Shown here one piece after another: positions 12,271 through 26,466 of a DNA stretch of 64,000 nt. The DNA comes from the human T2T-CHM13v2.0 reference genome, Homo sapiens. The notes below the pieces were generated by a model. It worked only from the letters and a program-made list of their open reading frames with translations. It was not told the origin of the DNA and searched no databases. Both the position numbers and the translations under genes were made by a program. Positions within the stretch are counted from its first letter, which is position 1, and the number at the start of each line of letters is the position of its first letter. The DNA is taken from the NCBI RefSeq assembly GCF_009914755.1, contig NC_060948.1; one strand, 5' to 3'.

Positions 12271-13841
12271 ACCACATTGAGTCATGGGACTTTTTCCTAG
12301 GGCTCTATTAACAGTGACAGAAAGCCATTCCCATTCAATTACTTTTCAGGAACCATGCCTAGTTAGTGTGGTGGTCTTTCTCCAGTGCATGGTGGGTAGC
12401 TAATTAACTATCAGGTGTTGAGGCTGCCCCCAGTGGACATCACCTTTGGCTCTGTCACCTTGTAGAAGCTCAAGTGTGGAAAAGAAAAGCTTAAAGAAGC
12501 CCTAACCAAGCTGTATCTTCGCCATTGCATCTACTCTTTGCTGCACACACTGTGCTTGCTCCTGGCTTTGTCTGCAATGGCAGCTGCCTGAGAACTTAAA
12601 TTTCAGCAACAGTGAAAAACTGAGATGAAAGATGTATAATGTAGAGAACTGACTTCTCTCTTAAAAAGTACAGAGAGCCTGTGCTGTGAACCCCCTTCAA
12701 TGGGAAAAAGCTGCAGTGGTGATGGCAGGCTCCTAAAGACTGCTGCTAAAAGACACAAGAATTATACAGTTTCCCTCTATAAGTGAATCCAAAATTCACT
12801 GACGAATTCAGAGATTGAGGGCACTTGCTTGAAATCAAGGTGCTCCAACTTAGTTTAAGACCTCCAGACTCTAACTTTATAGATCATCTCTTCTAGAGTG
12901 TGCATGGATGTGTGTTGCAGGGTGGAGAAGTGGGGAGAAGTGTATAGTAGTACACGGGGGGAAGAGGGGACCTCCATGTCCCTTTGTTGGATACATATTA
13001 CAGAAATATGTGCCACTCACTTTTTGTTGGTTCTGAATCTTCCTGAAGTGTACTGACATTTGGGCTGCACAGAGCCCCACACCTTCACTTACACCTCCTC
13101 TTCTAGAATTGCTTTGCTCTATTTTTGTATATATAAATATGTTATGATGATTATTAATAATGTTAATGATATTGCTGCAAATGGTGCCATATATAAGGTT
13201 AGGCTTCTTGGAACATTTATAAACCCAAACCAATACCTGTAACCTCTTATGTTGCTTTCAGATCCTTCAATTTTAAGTAACTTTTTAATCTTACAAGTCT
13301 GCTTGATTGTACTTTACACTTATCTACCCTGAAAAGCTCTGCCCAGTTCTCTGGGTCAAGCTGGATGGTGATGAGTAGCAACACACACTTCTCTGCTTCT
13401 GCCTGAAATGTGCTTAGAGCTCAGTTATCTAAGGATTCTCTGACACTAGTGCATTGTTCCTGGAGCTAAATTATTCTATGGATGTTTGCTTATTAGTTTC
13501 AGGCCCCAAAATAACACGAGCCCCTCCTCCTTGATAGCTCCTTGATATCCCAATCTTGCAGTCCTAACTCAGGCAAATTGTGCACTGCCAGAGGGGCCCT
13601 GGGTTCTGCCATATACCCAGAGGAGCCTTTCTCAGTGTGTTTCTAAATGGCCTTACACTTGGTAGAAGAAATTGAAGGGTTACTCAAATACAGTTGCAAT
13701 CTGCAATCTGCTGTTGAGTCAGGGCTTTCACTTGTGTCCAAGTTGGCCTGATATGGACTGCATCTGCTTTACGTATAGATGGGTCCTGTTGGGATATGCG
13801 CATGGACGTGTGAGTGAGTGTGCATATGTATCCCTTCTGTG

Positions 13842-13842
<1 letters not shown>

Positions 13843-13877
<35 letters not shown>

Positions 13878-13886
13878 AATATATAT
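13843..13886 (+). repeat. (TA)n microsatellite in the 3'UTR
   Basis: Read directly. Confidence 0.95.
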
Positions 13887-14179
13887 TCACACATCTCTAT
13901 ATATTTTAATGTATTGCACATGTATATTTAAAATATATACGAAAGAACTCTAAATCCTGCAGGGAGGCTCTGTTTTCATTATTTTTCTACTTTGTGTCAT
14001 GTCCTGTATAAACAGGAATATTTAGAGGGTGTTTCCTGCTTAGCATTTTTTTGCAGTTAAATCATCTGTTAGCCCCTAACTCTACTGCCTTCCACATATT
14101 GGTTCCTTGATACATTTCATATGATATCAGCCAAGAGTTTTCCTGTGGTTCCAGCCCATCTTCCCTAATCACAATAGCA

Positions 14180-14420
14180 ATAATAAATATAGTGAATACT
14201 TACATAGTGCTTACTATATGCTAAGCACTATTTTTAGCATGTTATTTATATTAGCTCATTCATTCCTCACAATTCTACAACATAGGTATCATTCCAACCT
14301 CTATTTTACAGATGAGAAAACTGAAGCACAGAGAAGTTAAGTGACTTGCCAAAAGGTAACAATTGTAAATGGTAGAGCTAAGATTTGAACCCAGGGTGTC
14401 TGACTCCCAGGTCCATGCTC
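14180..14420 (-). mobile_element. MIR in the 3'UTR
   Basis: attttacagatgagaaaactgaagcacagagaagttaagtgacttgcc..gatttgaacccagg. Confidence 0.8.
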
Positions 14421-17400
14421 CAGAGTCAGATATAGAAGGCTGGAGCACAGTGTAAACCATTCTGGAGTAACAAGCCTCAAATGGTGAATAATTCTTTCCC
14501 TAACTCTGGTCCACCTGCAACCTAGGAGTTAAAATAAGTATCTTGCTATGTTAAGAGTAAAGCAATAGTTACAGGCATCATATATTAGCTGTCTTGCTCC
14601 CAAAATGGTGACATTACAAACTTTTCCACTATTCCCTTTGAAAACATGCTTGCAGCCAGTTACCATTTCTTAGCTTATGATGTAGAGCTATTAAGGGAGT
14701 ATTTTCACTTGTGCCAAAGAGGGTAAGCGTTTATTAGCCTTATCTTTATTGGCCAGGGAAAACTAATTCAATTTTTTTTGAACAAAGTATAACTGAGACT
14801 ATTTTTGGAGCTTAAGATTTGTTAGAGCTGTTAACATTCAACCTTATTGATTATATTGAGAGCGCTCTTCTGATTCAAATGTAAGCAAACCACTGATGAC
14901 CACTGGTCCGTATAACACATTTTACCAACAGCTCCTTCACACTGAATCCTTTAACTTGGCCAAAGGACCCTTAAAGAACATCTAGTCCAATGTCAACATT
15001 TTATAGCTGGAGAAAGGGATGCACAGAGAGGGAAAATAACCTGTCCAAAGTCACACAGTTCTGAAAATTGAGTGGAATTATGACTTTATACCAGAGTTCC
15101 TAATTTCCAGGTATCTTAGCCTCAGTTTCTTAAAAAATAGAGTTTGAAGCAAAAGCTATGTACGATCCAGGGTAGTATGAGTAAGGAAAGGGTTAATGAG
15201 GGAGGGAAGAAAGAAGAACAAATAAAAAGCATGTCACTGAGTTGGCCACAGTCTGTTCCTTGGCAAGCTAATTTCGCAATTTTTTGTGACAGACCATATA
15301 AAACTACTACATCTCCATACAGCCCACGTGGTGGAGGAAAGGAGGTGAATTCATCTGCTAGCTCTCATCTCATTAGTCAAATTCTTCCCCATGTGATATT
15401 TACCCTTCTACATTTTTGGGTAGTGCGTGATGGGCACTTAAATATGTACCTTGGCATTTCATGCTTCAGCAATAATGGGAAGGATTGTGGCTCCACTATA
15501 AACAGTAAGGCAAGTATATGAATATAGGGAGATTAAATTTAAAGTGCTACACTAGGGTGGTGCTTTTACCTTATGTCTTTAATCACATTCCTTCGAAGTA
15601 AGTTAGAGATAACCTACCACCTTTAAAGTAAATAAAGCTTTATTGTGGCTCTTAGAACTGTACTATGTTTGCCTTCCTGAACCTATTTATTCTCTAGCTT
15701 GCTTTAAAGGGCTTCTTTTTTATATGGAAATTAATTCCCTGTTCAATTAAAGGAGTAACAAACTCTCAAAATATCTTTCTTCTTAATATAAAAAGGAATT
15801 TCATATTATTGAACTCCTCAAAAAGCATGTGTAAGTCAAAATATGTATGTGAAGGCACATATGTTCTTTTAGGTTCCATGAGCATAATAGCAGGAAAACT
15901 GGTTAAGTCAATAAATGCTGGGGAAGAAATGGCTAAACAAGGTATTCTGTAACATGAAAATAAAGCAATGAGTTGGTTGGCTGGCTTTTTAAAAAATATT
16001 TCAGCCACTAATTATGACACAGACACATTATAAGAATTATGCTACCTTTTATTCACATATACAATAGTTCCCTGTGTCCTATAGATCATTGTCACATAAA
16101 GCAAAAGCATTAGTGCCCCATTTGGACCTTTGGCCGAAGGTTTGATAAGATTTTGTAGGACTGAAATTCTTGGTCCCTTTATCCTAGTTTAGGCCCATAT
16201 CCTTATTTTCACTCTCAAAGATAAGATCATGACACTACCCGTGTTGCTGCTGTTAAAGGCCAGGATGGACAAGATAAGGAAAGGCATTTTGGGAATGACA
16301 CTGACTAATGTTAGGAATCTTGCTGTCATTACAATCCAAGTTATATATGTTTGCTCCCATATGTATTTGTTGGCCAATCTCCTGAAAAAGAAGAAGGTAA
16401 TTCTAACTCACACATTGTCATTCCCAAACTAACCCGGCAATCCTTTTGACCATACCAGGTAATAGTCATCCCTCTGATGGTAAAAGACAGAGATGTCAAG
16501 GCTCTGGAAGCTCCCAGGTCCTTGAAGAACTAACTAAACTGCTGAACACAGAAGTGGTAATGTAGGCAAGCCACAGGTATGTTCTCTTGTAACAAGATGG
16601 GGTTGACCATATGTGAACCCTGAAGAGTCATTTTGAACCTATGTCCTAAGGCCTAAAGTACTTTAATCCTCATCTTCAAAGTCTTACCACTCTGATAACA
16701 AAAAGAAACACTACAAAGAAACTGCAAGGAAAGGGACAGTCATTTTTTTTAATATCTACCAATTATTTAGTTATTCATATATGCATTTCTTTATATAGAA
16801 AAGTATTTATATGAAGTTTCCAAAAGACTCTGATATTCAGCTTTATAGTCTTGGATAGAAAATCATGTGTCCTTGGATGGGGATTCACACACCAAGGCTT
16901 AACAGAATTAGTTTGGGGAATACTCATTTTTACTCTAGAGATTAGTTGGCTTAAACAACTTTACTCGTGAATTTTTTTCTTAATGGAGGTGAAGACCTCC
17001 CAAAGAGGAGAAGGCCCCAGGCCTTTCTTAATATATAAACCATATTGAAAGAAAGAAAGAAAAAAGTAATGGGAAGTAATAGTAAATGTGGATCCAGAAA
17101 GAAAAACAAAGGTTAAGAAAATGATGTATGTGAAAGAAAAAAAGCTCTATAATCAGTGTGTTTCTCTCACCTAAAACACCATTTACTAACTACTTGGTTC
17201 AGTTGTACCCTTTAACTCTATTTTGTCCTTGACTTATATCAACACTCTTCTTTTCCAAACTCCTATAGCTCTCCATCTGGAATGATTCTATGGGGTGGGG
17301 GGTCGGGGGAGGAGAAAGGGAGACAGCAGAAGAAAGAAAGAGAGAGAAAGATAGAGAGAGAGAGAGAGATGGGTGGAGACTTGGCCTCTCTCCTAGAGGT

Positions 17401-18825
17401 TCAAAGTTAGAATATGCCACTAACACTATCTGCCTTTCAAACTCCCTTCTAGGACATGCTCCATAGTACTTAGATCTTATATCAAATGACAAGGTTTCTC
17501 TCCTTCAGAGAGAAATACCAGACTGGATTTGTGGTTTCCCTGGATTGGTTTTTTCTGAGTCAAAGTGGTGTTGTAGAAATCACAGTACCCTGAGACCAAT
17601 TAAGTCAGAATCTTTGGAGGTGTTGAGGAATGGATTTTTAAAGTTCCCAGATGATTATAATATGCAAACAGATTTGAGAAAATTGAATCACTTTATTCCA
17701 TAAATGCAGATAGTGAGGCTAAGAGAGGGAAAGTGACTTACTCATAACCACACCGTGAGTTAGTGACCAAGTCAGGATAAGAATCCAGGTCTGCAGACTC
17801 CTAGGCCAGAATTCTTGTCTTTATACTACACTGCTTCTATCTCTACCCTATTCCTCCTCTGAGCCTTTGCTTTTCTCATCTGTAAAATGACGATAATAAA
17901 GCCTAGAGAGTGTATGAGAATCATTAAAGCAGAAGCATTTTTCTTAATGTACAAGGTTCTATACAAATGCAAGGGAATTAATGTATAACATATATGTGGG
18001 GCTAAGTCTCTAAAACAACATAATAAAAGTTGTTTTTATTTTAGTCAATCATTTAGGTATTGTGTCTACCTGATAGCATGTAACAAGATTGAACACTTGT
18101 GTAGGTCGTATGTGCCTTTAATCTGAGGTTGGCCTCAGTGACAATCAAAATTAGCAGTTGAGGAAAAAGGTCATACATTTTTCTCTTGCCCTTGCTGGAA
18201 TAGGGATCAAGAGGAATATAAAAGCAGTGGGATATCTGGATTTCTTATACTCAGTCAACCACAACATGGCCTTAGTACTGAACTAGCCCAGGGTTTCAAT
18301 GGAACTCGTAGATCTCATTCCCAAGGCTGGTCCTGGTTGAAGGGAGAAGGTCAAAAAAGGACGTGTCTTCTGAAAGGCATTACCCATGGAAAGCCAAGGG
18401 GGAGGGTTGCCCACTAGGAGGAGCTTCTTTTGTAGAAGCCAGAATGGAGGAAAGGGGCTTTCTGACTTGGAGCATCTGAGGAAATAGATTATTTGAGGAT
18501 CTAGTACTCCCAGAATAATCTGTAACCACAAGAAACACATTTCTTGAACTCCAGCGCCCCAGAACAGGATATCCATATCCAATCCCATCGTATCCATCCT
18601 GGATGTTATGAATTTCCAGAGAGGGCCACTTCTACCCCCCTAGGAGTCATACATCTGGCTACTTATTTGTTAAAAATAAAATTCTGTACCATTTATAAAA
18701 TGGGCCTCTTATGTCTTCCTTATTTTGAAATTATAATATACATTCCTAATTCATCATTCATTTTTGCCAATGATTTTTAAGTATTTATTTGAAAGTTATT
18801 TTTAAATACAAAAATATATGTATTT

Positions 18826-18831
18826 AATAAA
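18826..18831 (+). terminator. SPRY3: Candidate SPRY3 distal polyadenylation signal AATAAA
   Basis: tatttAATAAAgcacttctttatcttc. Confidence 0.6.
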
Positions 18832-19689
18832 GCACTTCTTTATCTTCTTATTTGAACCATACTAAAAAATGTAAAACATGCCATGATTAAACTAGGTAAT
18901 TCTATATATCACATTACAAGTAAGTTTTAAAAATCTATTTGGTAAATATATTCTCATTTCATCTTGAAATACCTCCCTTTTAAGGGGAGGGTAGAGAGAC
19001 AATGAATTACTGTAAATCAAGAGGCCTAAAAGTATAATGACAAATATTTATAATTCAGATTCATCTCAGGCAGGGGTTTCTTTTCAGGTAATTAAGAGGT
19101 GATGACCTATGTTCAGGAAAAATTGGGTTGTTTAGAGGCCATGTAGGGGCCTATGATTTCCTAGAAAATATAGACCCAAAGAGCTCCTTGCTGGTAATTA
19201 CACCGCCGAAGAAGTTCGTATACTTTGCCTCACAACAATTAACACAAGAGCGTAGGTATGAGCTGCATAAAGTGCAGGTGAACAGAATGAAAAATCAGAC
19301 TCAATCTGTAGTTCTGAAGGAAGGGTCAAATTTGGTTGTGGTAGGTGTTAATAGTTGAAGAAACTGAAATCTATTTCAAGAGCACTTCAGATAAACAGGA
19401 TGGAGACTGAAGCCAAGAAGGAGAATAAACAGTAATTACTGCATAAGAGGCTAGAGCATACCTGAAGTCCAAAAGCAGCACTGAATTTAGAATCAGAAGA
19501 TATAGATAATATACAAGAGAGTGTGCAATGCAGGGAGCCATGCTTGATGGGTTTCATCTAAAGGATTGTAGCTCCACCTTTAGCAAGTTAGCTTTTCTGT
19601 GCCTAGTTTTGAACCCAGGAACCATGACTCTAAAGATTTTGTGCTCTTAACTACTGCAATCTTCTTTTCAGTACAAAAATGGCTACATT

Positions 19690-19810
19690 AATAGGATTAT
19701 AATGCATCCCGATTTGCCCAGGACTGTCTCAGCTAATACCTGTTTCTAAAATATTTATTAATAGTGCCTCCTTACACTCTGAGAGCGTATCTTGACATGA
19801 CTTGTATATA
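19690..19810. mobile_element. MER81-like hAT DNA transposon fossil
   Basis: tcccgatttgcccaggactgtc..ttattaatagtgcctccttacactct resembles MER81. Confidence 0.55.
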
Positions 19811-19849
19811 ATTTTTAATATGATGTTTAATCCCCAATTGTTTATTATC

Positions 19850-21810
19850 CATCATACCCCCAAACTCTGAACCTCCCTTGTTACCCAGATTACATTCCCT
19901 CTCTCCCTCTAGCATACTTGCCTGACAAAATCTGAACCTTAAGTATAATCACTTGTTCCACATTTTCATCTAAACAGCTGAATGTGATTGGAGAAAAACA
20001 CAAAACGGTACATTCAAGCGTGCCCTTAGTACCACCGGGTATTATTTATTTCTCTCTTCAGTTTATTTTCAAATCAACTCTTTAAAAGGACTGCTTCACA
20101 CTTCTCTCTCATCACACCTCCAATACCCCACCTCCTCCATGCCTCCACTCCCATCCTATGACCTTGCAATATATCACTGGGAAAATAGCCTTTTCTTTTG
20201 AACTCACTCTAGCCAAGCTTTTAAACCAATGCTCCACCAAAATAGCTCTTTTCAATGTCACCAATGATCCTACCTTGCTAAATCCAATGGTCAATTCTCA
20301 GTCATCTTATTCAGTTTATCACTAGCATTTGTACCAGTCCATCGTGCCGTCTACATTAACAGCTACCCCCACCTGAGACAATGAGCCGCATGCAGTTAGT
20401 TTATTTGAGGGAAGTGATTCAGAAAACAGGAGAAGGGACTGAGAAAGGTGAGCCAGGAAAGGAAGGAACATCAGTCCAAGGGCATGTTATTGATCTGTTT
20501 ACTACTATAGGCAACTGAGGATTATTTCCACTGAAGATTATTCCCACTGAGGACTCTCTAAGGAGCCATGTAGAATGCGCCCCAGAATTTTCCATCAGAC
20601 ATAGAAGAGGAGAGTGTTTTTCTATCAAATCTCATCTCCCATTAATTAAGTGTAATCCTAGAGGGTGTTTACTCACTGGCACTTGCAAGTTGGCACATGA
20701 TTTGGACTCACTGAGCAGGGTCCTTCAGGTGATCCACATGGTGGTGGCAGAGAAGCCCCACAGCAGGAAGCAATAGTATGAGATAAAGCTGAATGAGGTA
20801 GCATCAAGCTACACCTACATGTAGTTACTGCAGCATGGCCTGAACAAAAAGGCGGTCCATATTGAAATATATTCTTTATTTGGCTTACAGCACACCACAC
20901 TCTGCTGATTCTCCTCTCACCTCATTGATCGCTCCCTCTCCAAGCCCTTTGATAGTTCTTCCTCATTTTCCTGAACTGTAAATATTAGTGTGCCTGAAGT
21001 TTCAGTTCTTAGTCCTCTTCTCCATCTACACTCACTCTTGTGGTGATCTCATCTAGTATCCTTGATTTAAACACCATTTATGTACTCACAACTCCAAAAT
21101 TTATAGCTCTAGCCCAATCTCTCCCCTGAATTCCAGAATGCTCACTTAAAATCTCTACCTACGAGCTTAATAATAATATAAAACAACATGTTTAACAGAT
21201 AAATCTTGATTTCTATGTCATTGAGTTTTCCCTCACCTCAGTAAATGATGATTCTATTCTTCAGAGACTCAAGCTGACCATTTGGAGGTATCCTTCACTT
21301 CTATCTTTTTCTCATGTCAATCGGTCAAGAAATCCTGTTGGCTCTACCCTCAAAATAGATCCAGAATTTGACTATTTCTCAGTATCATTACTGCTACTAC
21401 CTGTTCTGATCTACCATTATCTCCTCCCTCGATAATTGCAGCAGCTCTCTGATTCCACTAATCCCAAAGTCTAATCCCAACAGAGAAACTGCGATGATTG
21501 TTCTGAAGATGAAGGCCAGCCAGATCTTGTCATTCTTCTGCATAAAATCTTCCAGTGATCTTCCAATTAACTTAGAACCAGACTCATCTAGTTATGACTA
21601 TAAGGCCCTACATACTCTTCCCCTGCTATTTACATGGCCAGCTCTCTCACTTAATTCAGGAGTTCACTCAAATGTCACTTCCTCAAGGAGGCTTTCCCTG
21701 AATACCCTAAATCAGCATTGCTCATCATTTTATCCTCCTGTTTTGGTTCATTTTCCTTCATAGGAATTCTTACTACCTGATTATATTATATGTTACTGTT
21801 GAATAAATAA
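19850..21810 (+). mobile_element. Degenerate L2 with an ERVL-type (LTR16-like) insert at ~20350-20900
   Basis: L2 motifs (aatccaatggtcaattctcagtc, ctcaaatgtcacttcctca, tgttgaataaataa tail); LTR16-like gtttatttgagggaagtgattcag. Confidence 0.55.
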
Positions 21811-23015
21811 GTTAATATGTGGGAGTTTAAATTGGAATGGTCTTTCTTAAAGTCAGCAAATATTGATCAAATGTCTCTTATGTGCCAGACAGACATTGCT
21901 GTATGTACTGCTCCAGTCTGTTCCTTCCCAAAACTCTTCTCTTGCCCCTGGAAACTCTACTTCTTTCATTTCTCCATTTTTGGAATTAACTGGGATTACA
22001 ATGCTTCCCCTTCAGTACTCTCCAGTGGAGACTGTTCATTCTCCCATATATGGCTTCATTTCATTCCCAATGCAGCCTAGACTCCAGAGAGATGAAGATT
22101 TGAGTACCATCTTCATAGGAAGTGTTGGTTGAAATTGGAAATGTGTGATATCTCTCTCTGGCAGAAAGTATAAACTGGAGAAAAGCAAAACACCAGCAGA
22201 ATCTTTCCTCTAAAGTGATACCTATCATGATTAGAGAAACCATACAGTTATGCTAGCAAGAATGCCAATTATATAAGAAAGGCAAGTTCACTGGGTCTCT
22301 TTACTGTAAAAAATACTTCTAGAAGAATACATTTGGAAACAACTACCATATGAATATAAGAGATAACAATTATTGAGTTCCTACTATGTTTCAGGCATAA
22401 AATTAACATTTAATCCTCATGACAACTTTATGATATAGAAATTTTATCACTATTGACAATGGATGTGGAAACAGGGGCTTTGGAAAGTTACTTGCATAAG
22501 GCAATGAAACTAACAAGTGAAAAGAAGTCCTAGGATTTAAAACCAGGTTTGTCTCAAACACCATGTTCTCTGCACTCTGCAATACCACCTTGTTTGCTAA
22601 TTATATCAATTTAGAATGTGTGCATGGAAATTAAACATGCATTGTTAAAATTTTTACTAGATCTATCAGCAGCTTTCAACATAATTGACCCTTCCCTCCT
22701 TTAAGTTCTTTCCTTTCCTGGCTTCAATTAAGCTACATTTTCCTGTTTTCCCTCCTAATTATGTGGTTACTTCCCAGTCTCTTTTTCTAGTTTTTTTTCC
22801 TTTATCTGGCCTTTAAATATTGAAGTACTCAGGACTCTTCCTGTCCCTTTTGTTTTACAAGTCTACACACTTTTCCCAAGAAATGTCATCCCAAAACTCT
22901 TCCCTGGCCCCCAAGAACCATTTCTTCATTTCTCTACTTCTGGAATTTACACTCTTATGACTTCAACTATACTGATGACTCCCACATTTGTATCTCTAGC
23001 ACACACCATTTTTCT

Positions 23016-24210
<1,195 letters not shown>

Positions 24211-24225
24211 ACACCCCATTTTTCT

Positions 24226-25130
24226 AAGCTCAGTGCTGTATCCAATTGCATAGTCTATATCTACATATATTATAGATACCTCAAGTTCAACACATTCAAA
24301 ATTGAACTAATTAACTTTGTTCCTCAAATCTGCTCATCTTTGATGGTTCTCAAACTCAATAAATGTTATTACTATCTACTCAAATGCTCAAGCCATAAGC
24401 TTGTGAATCCTCCTATCTTCAGTCTCTTCATCTCCTATATGCAATGAATCAAAAAGTGCTGTCAATTCTTCTTTCTTGAGAATCTCTCTAATTCATTAGC
24501 TTTTCTACATCTCCACAATCATAATTAACCAAAAAGCTATTAACAATGCCTTATTGTATTGCTCCAATAGCTCCTTAACTAGTTTCCTCATAAAACCTTT
24601 TATCCCCACTCCAATATTTTCTCCACATAGCAAATAATAATATTTTTAAATGTAAATTTTATTATGTCATTGTCTTACTCTCTATTGCTATTTGTAGTTC
24701 CCTAATTATTAAATCAAACTTCTTAATATTGCCAGGCCTCTGCCTACTTCTCTCCTACCTCATATTCTACCTTCTCCTCCTCACTGTATTCCAAGTATAC
24801 TATCCTTCTTTCATTTTCTTAAACATACAAAGTTTTATCCTGCTTCAGGTAATTTGCCTATATTGGTCTATCAGAGCAAACCCCTTTACATAGCTTACCT
24901 CTGCTCATTCTTTACATCTCTTAACCATCACTTGCTCAGGAAAACCTTTTGTTTTGCTCCCTTGAAGACTAGATTATGTCCTTCGTTATACACTTCTATA
25001 GCACTTGGTGCTATCTCTGACTACACTACTAATTATTTAATTACAGATTTATTTCTGTCTTCTGCTAAAATATAAACTTTATAAGGGCAGGAATAATTAT
25101 TGTGTTGTTAATTCCTGTATGTTCACTACC
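24226..25130 (+). mobile_element. Degenerate L2, continuing the L2 left of 23001
   Basis: ctcaagttcaacacattcaaaattgaact and related L2 motifs. Confidence 0.55.
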
Positions 25131-26328
25131 TGGCATATCATATAAAGTTATTGAGGGGGAAGCACATATTGATGTACTACAGTGTATTCTACTGAGAAAA
25201 ATAAGTTTCAGATTATTTTTCATTATGAATCATCAATGTAATTGCTCCTTTATACTGACTTAAAAATTGAGAGATGTATGTATTTTAATTATGTCTATTA
25301 CTTAAGCCTATACTTCACTCTGTATTGCAATCCTATTATAAAATGTGCCTAAGCTGTTGGCTAGAAAATTTTAAATTTATGTTATATACCACTTGAAAGT
25401 CATACATTTTTTCAGTCAATGCCAAAATACTCAGAAATACTGTTAATTCTTCCTTACTGCCTACCTTTGTCATATCATGCTGGGTTAGGCAGGGTTGATT
25501 CATCTTGGAAAACATATTCACTTGACTTCATTTACTTTTACTTTCAAATGGGAGTTCCTTACATTACAAAAAAAAATTTTTTCTTCTCCTCTCTTGGATG
25601 CAAAAGTAAGACCCAATTTTATTTATAATTTTATTATAAAGACATAGATAAGTTAAAAGGAAATATGTGGAAAGTGATATACAATACAAAAAGTAAACCA
25701 AAGAAAGCTAGAGTGACTATACTAATATCACATAAAGTAGACTTCTGAATAAGAAATATTTTTCAGGAATAAAGAGGAACATCTCATAATGATAAGTTAA
25801 TTCTCCAAGAAGACGTGGAAATTCTAAATGTGCATACACCTAATAGATTGAATATGCATGAAGCAAAAACTGACAGAAAAGAAAGCAGAAATAAACAAAA
25901 CGTGATTAGACTTGGATATTTCAACACTCTTCTCAGTAATTGATAGAACAAATAGACAGAACATCAGTAAGAATATGAAAGATTTGGAGAACCTTATTGA
26001 CCAACATGCCTTAATTGACATTTATAGAAAACTCCACCCAACAGCAGCAAAATACACATTATTTTCAAACGCACATGGAACATTCACCAAAATAGACCAT
26101 ATTCTGGATGACAAAACAAGTCTCATAAACTTAAAAAGAGCAAAATCATACAAGGTATATTCTCTGGCCACAATGGAATTGAATTAAGATTCTATAACAT
26201 ATCTGAAAAATCTCTAAATATTTGAAAATTAACAACATATCTGTACATAACACATGGGTCAAAGAAGAAATCACTAGTTAATTCAGAAAATATTTTGAAT
26301 GGAATGAAAATGAAAACACAGTATATCA

Positions 26329-26466
<138 letters not shown>

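Larger units (their letters stand above)
10947..18850 (+). other. SPRY3: SPRY3 long 3'UTR (end approximate)
   Basis: AATAAA at 18826-18831 preceded by AU-rich sequence and followed by a T-rich downstream element; consistent with a ~9-kb mRNA. Confidence 0.6.

Noticed and set aside
17292-17320. G-rich possible RNA G-quadruplex in the 3'UTR
   Set aside because: Adjacent to a GA simple repeat; no supporting evidence visible
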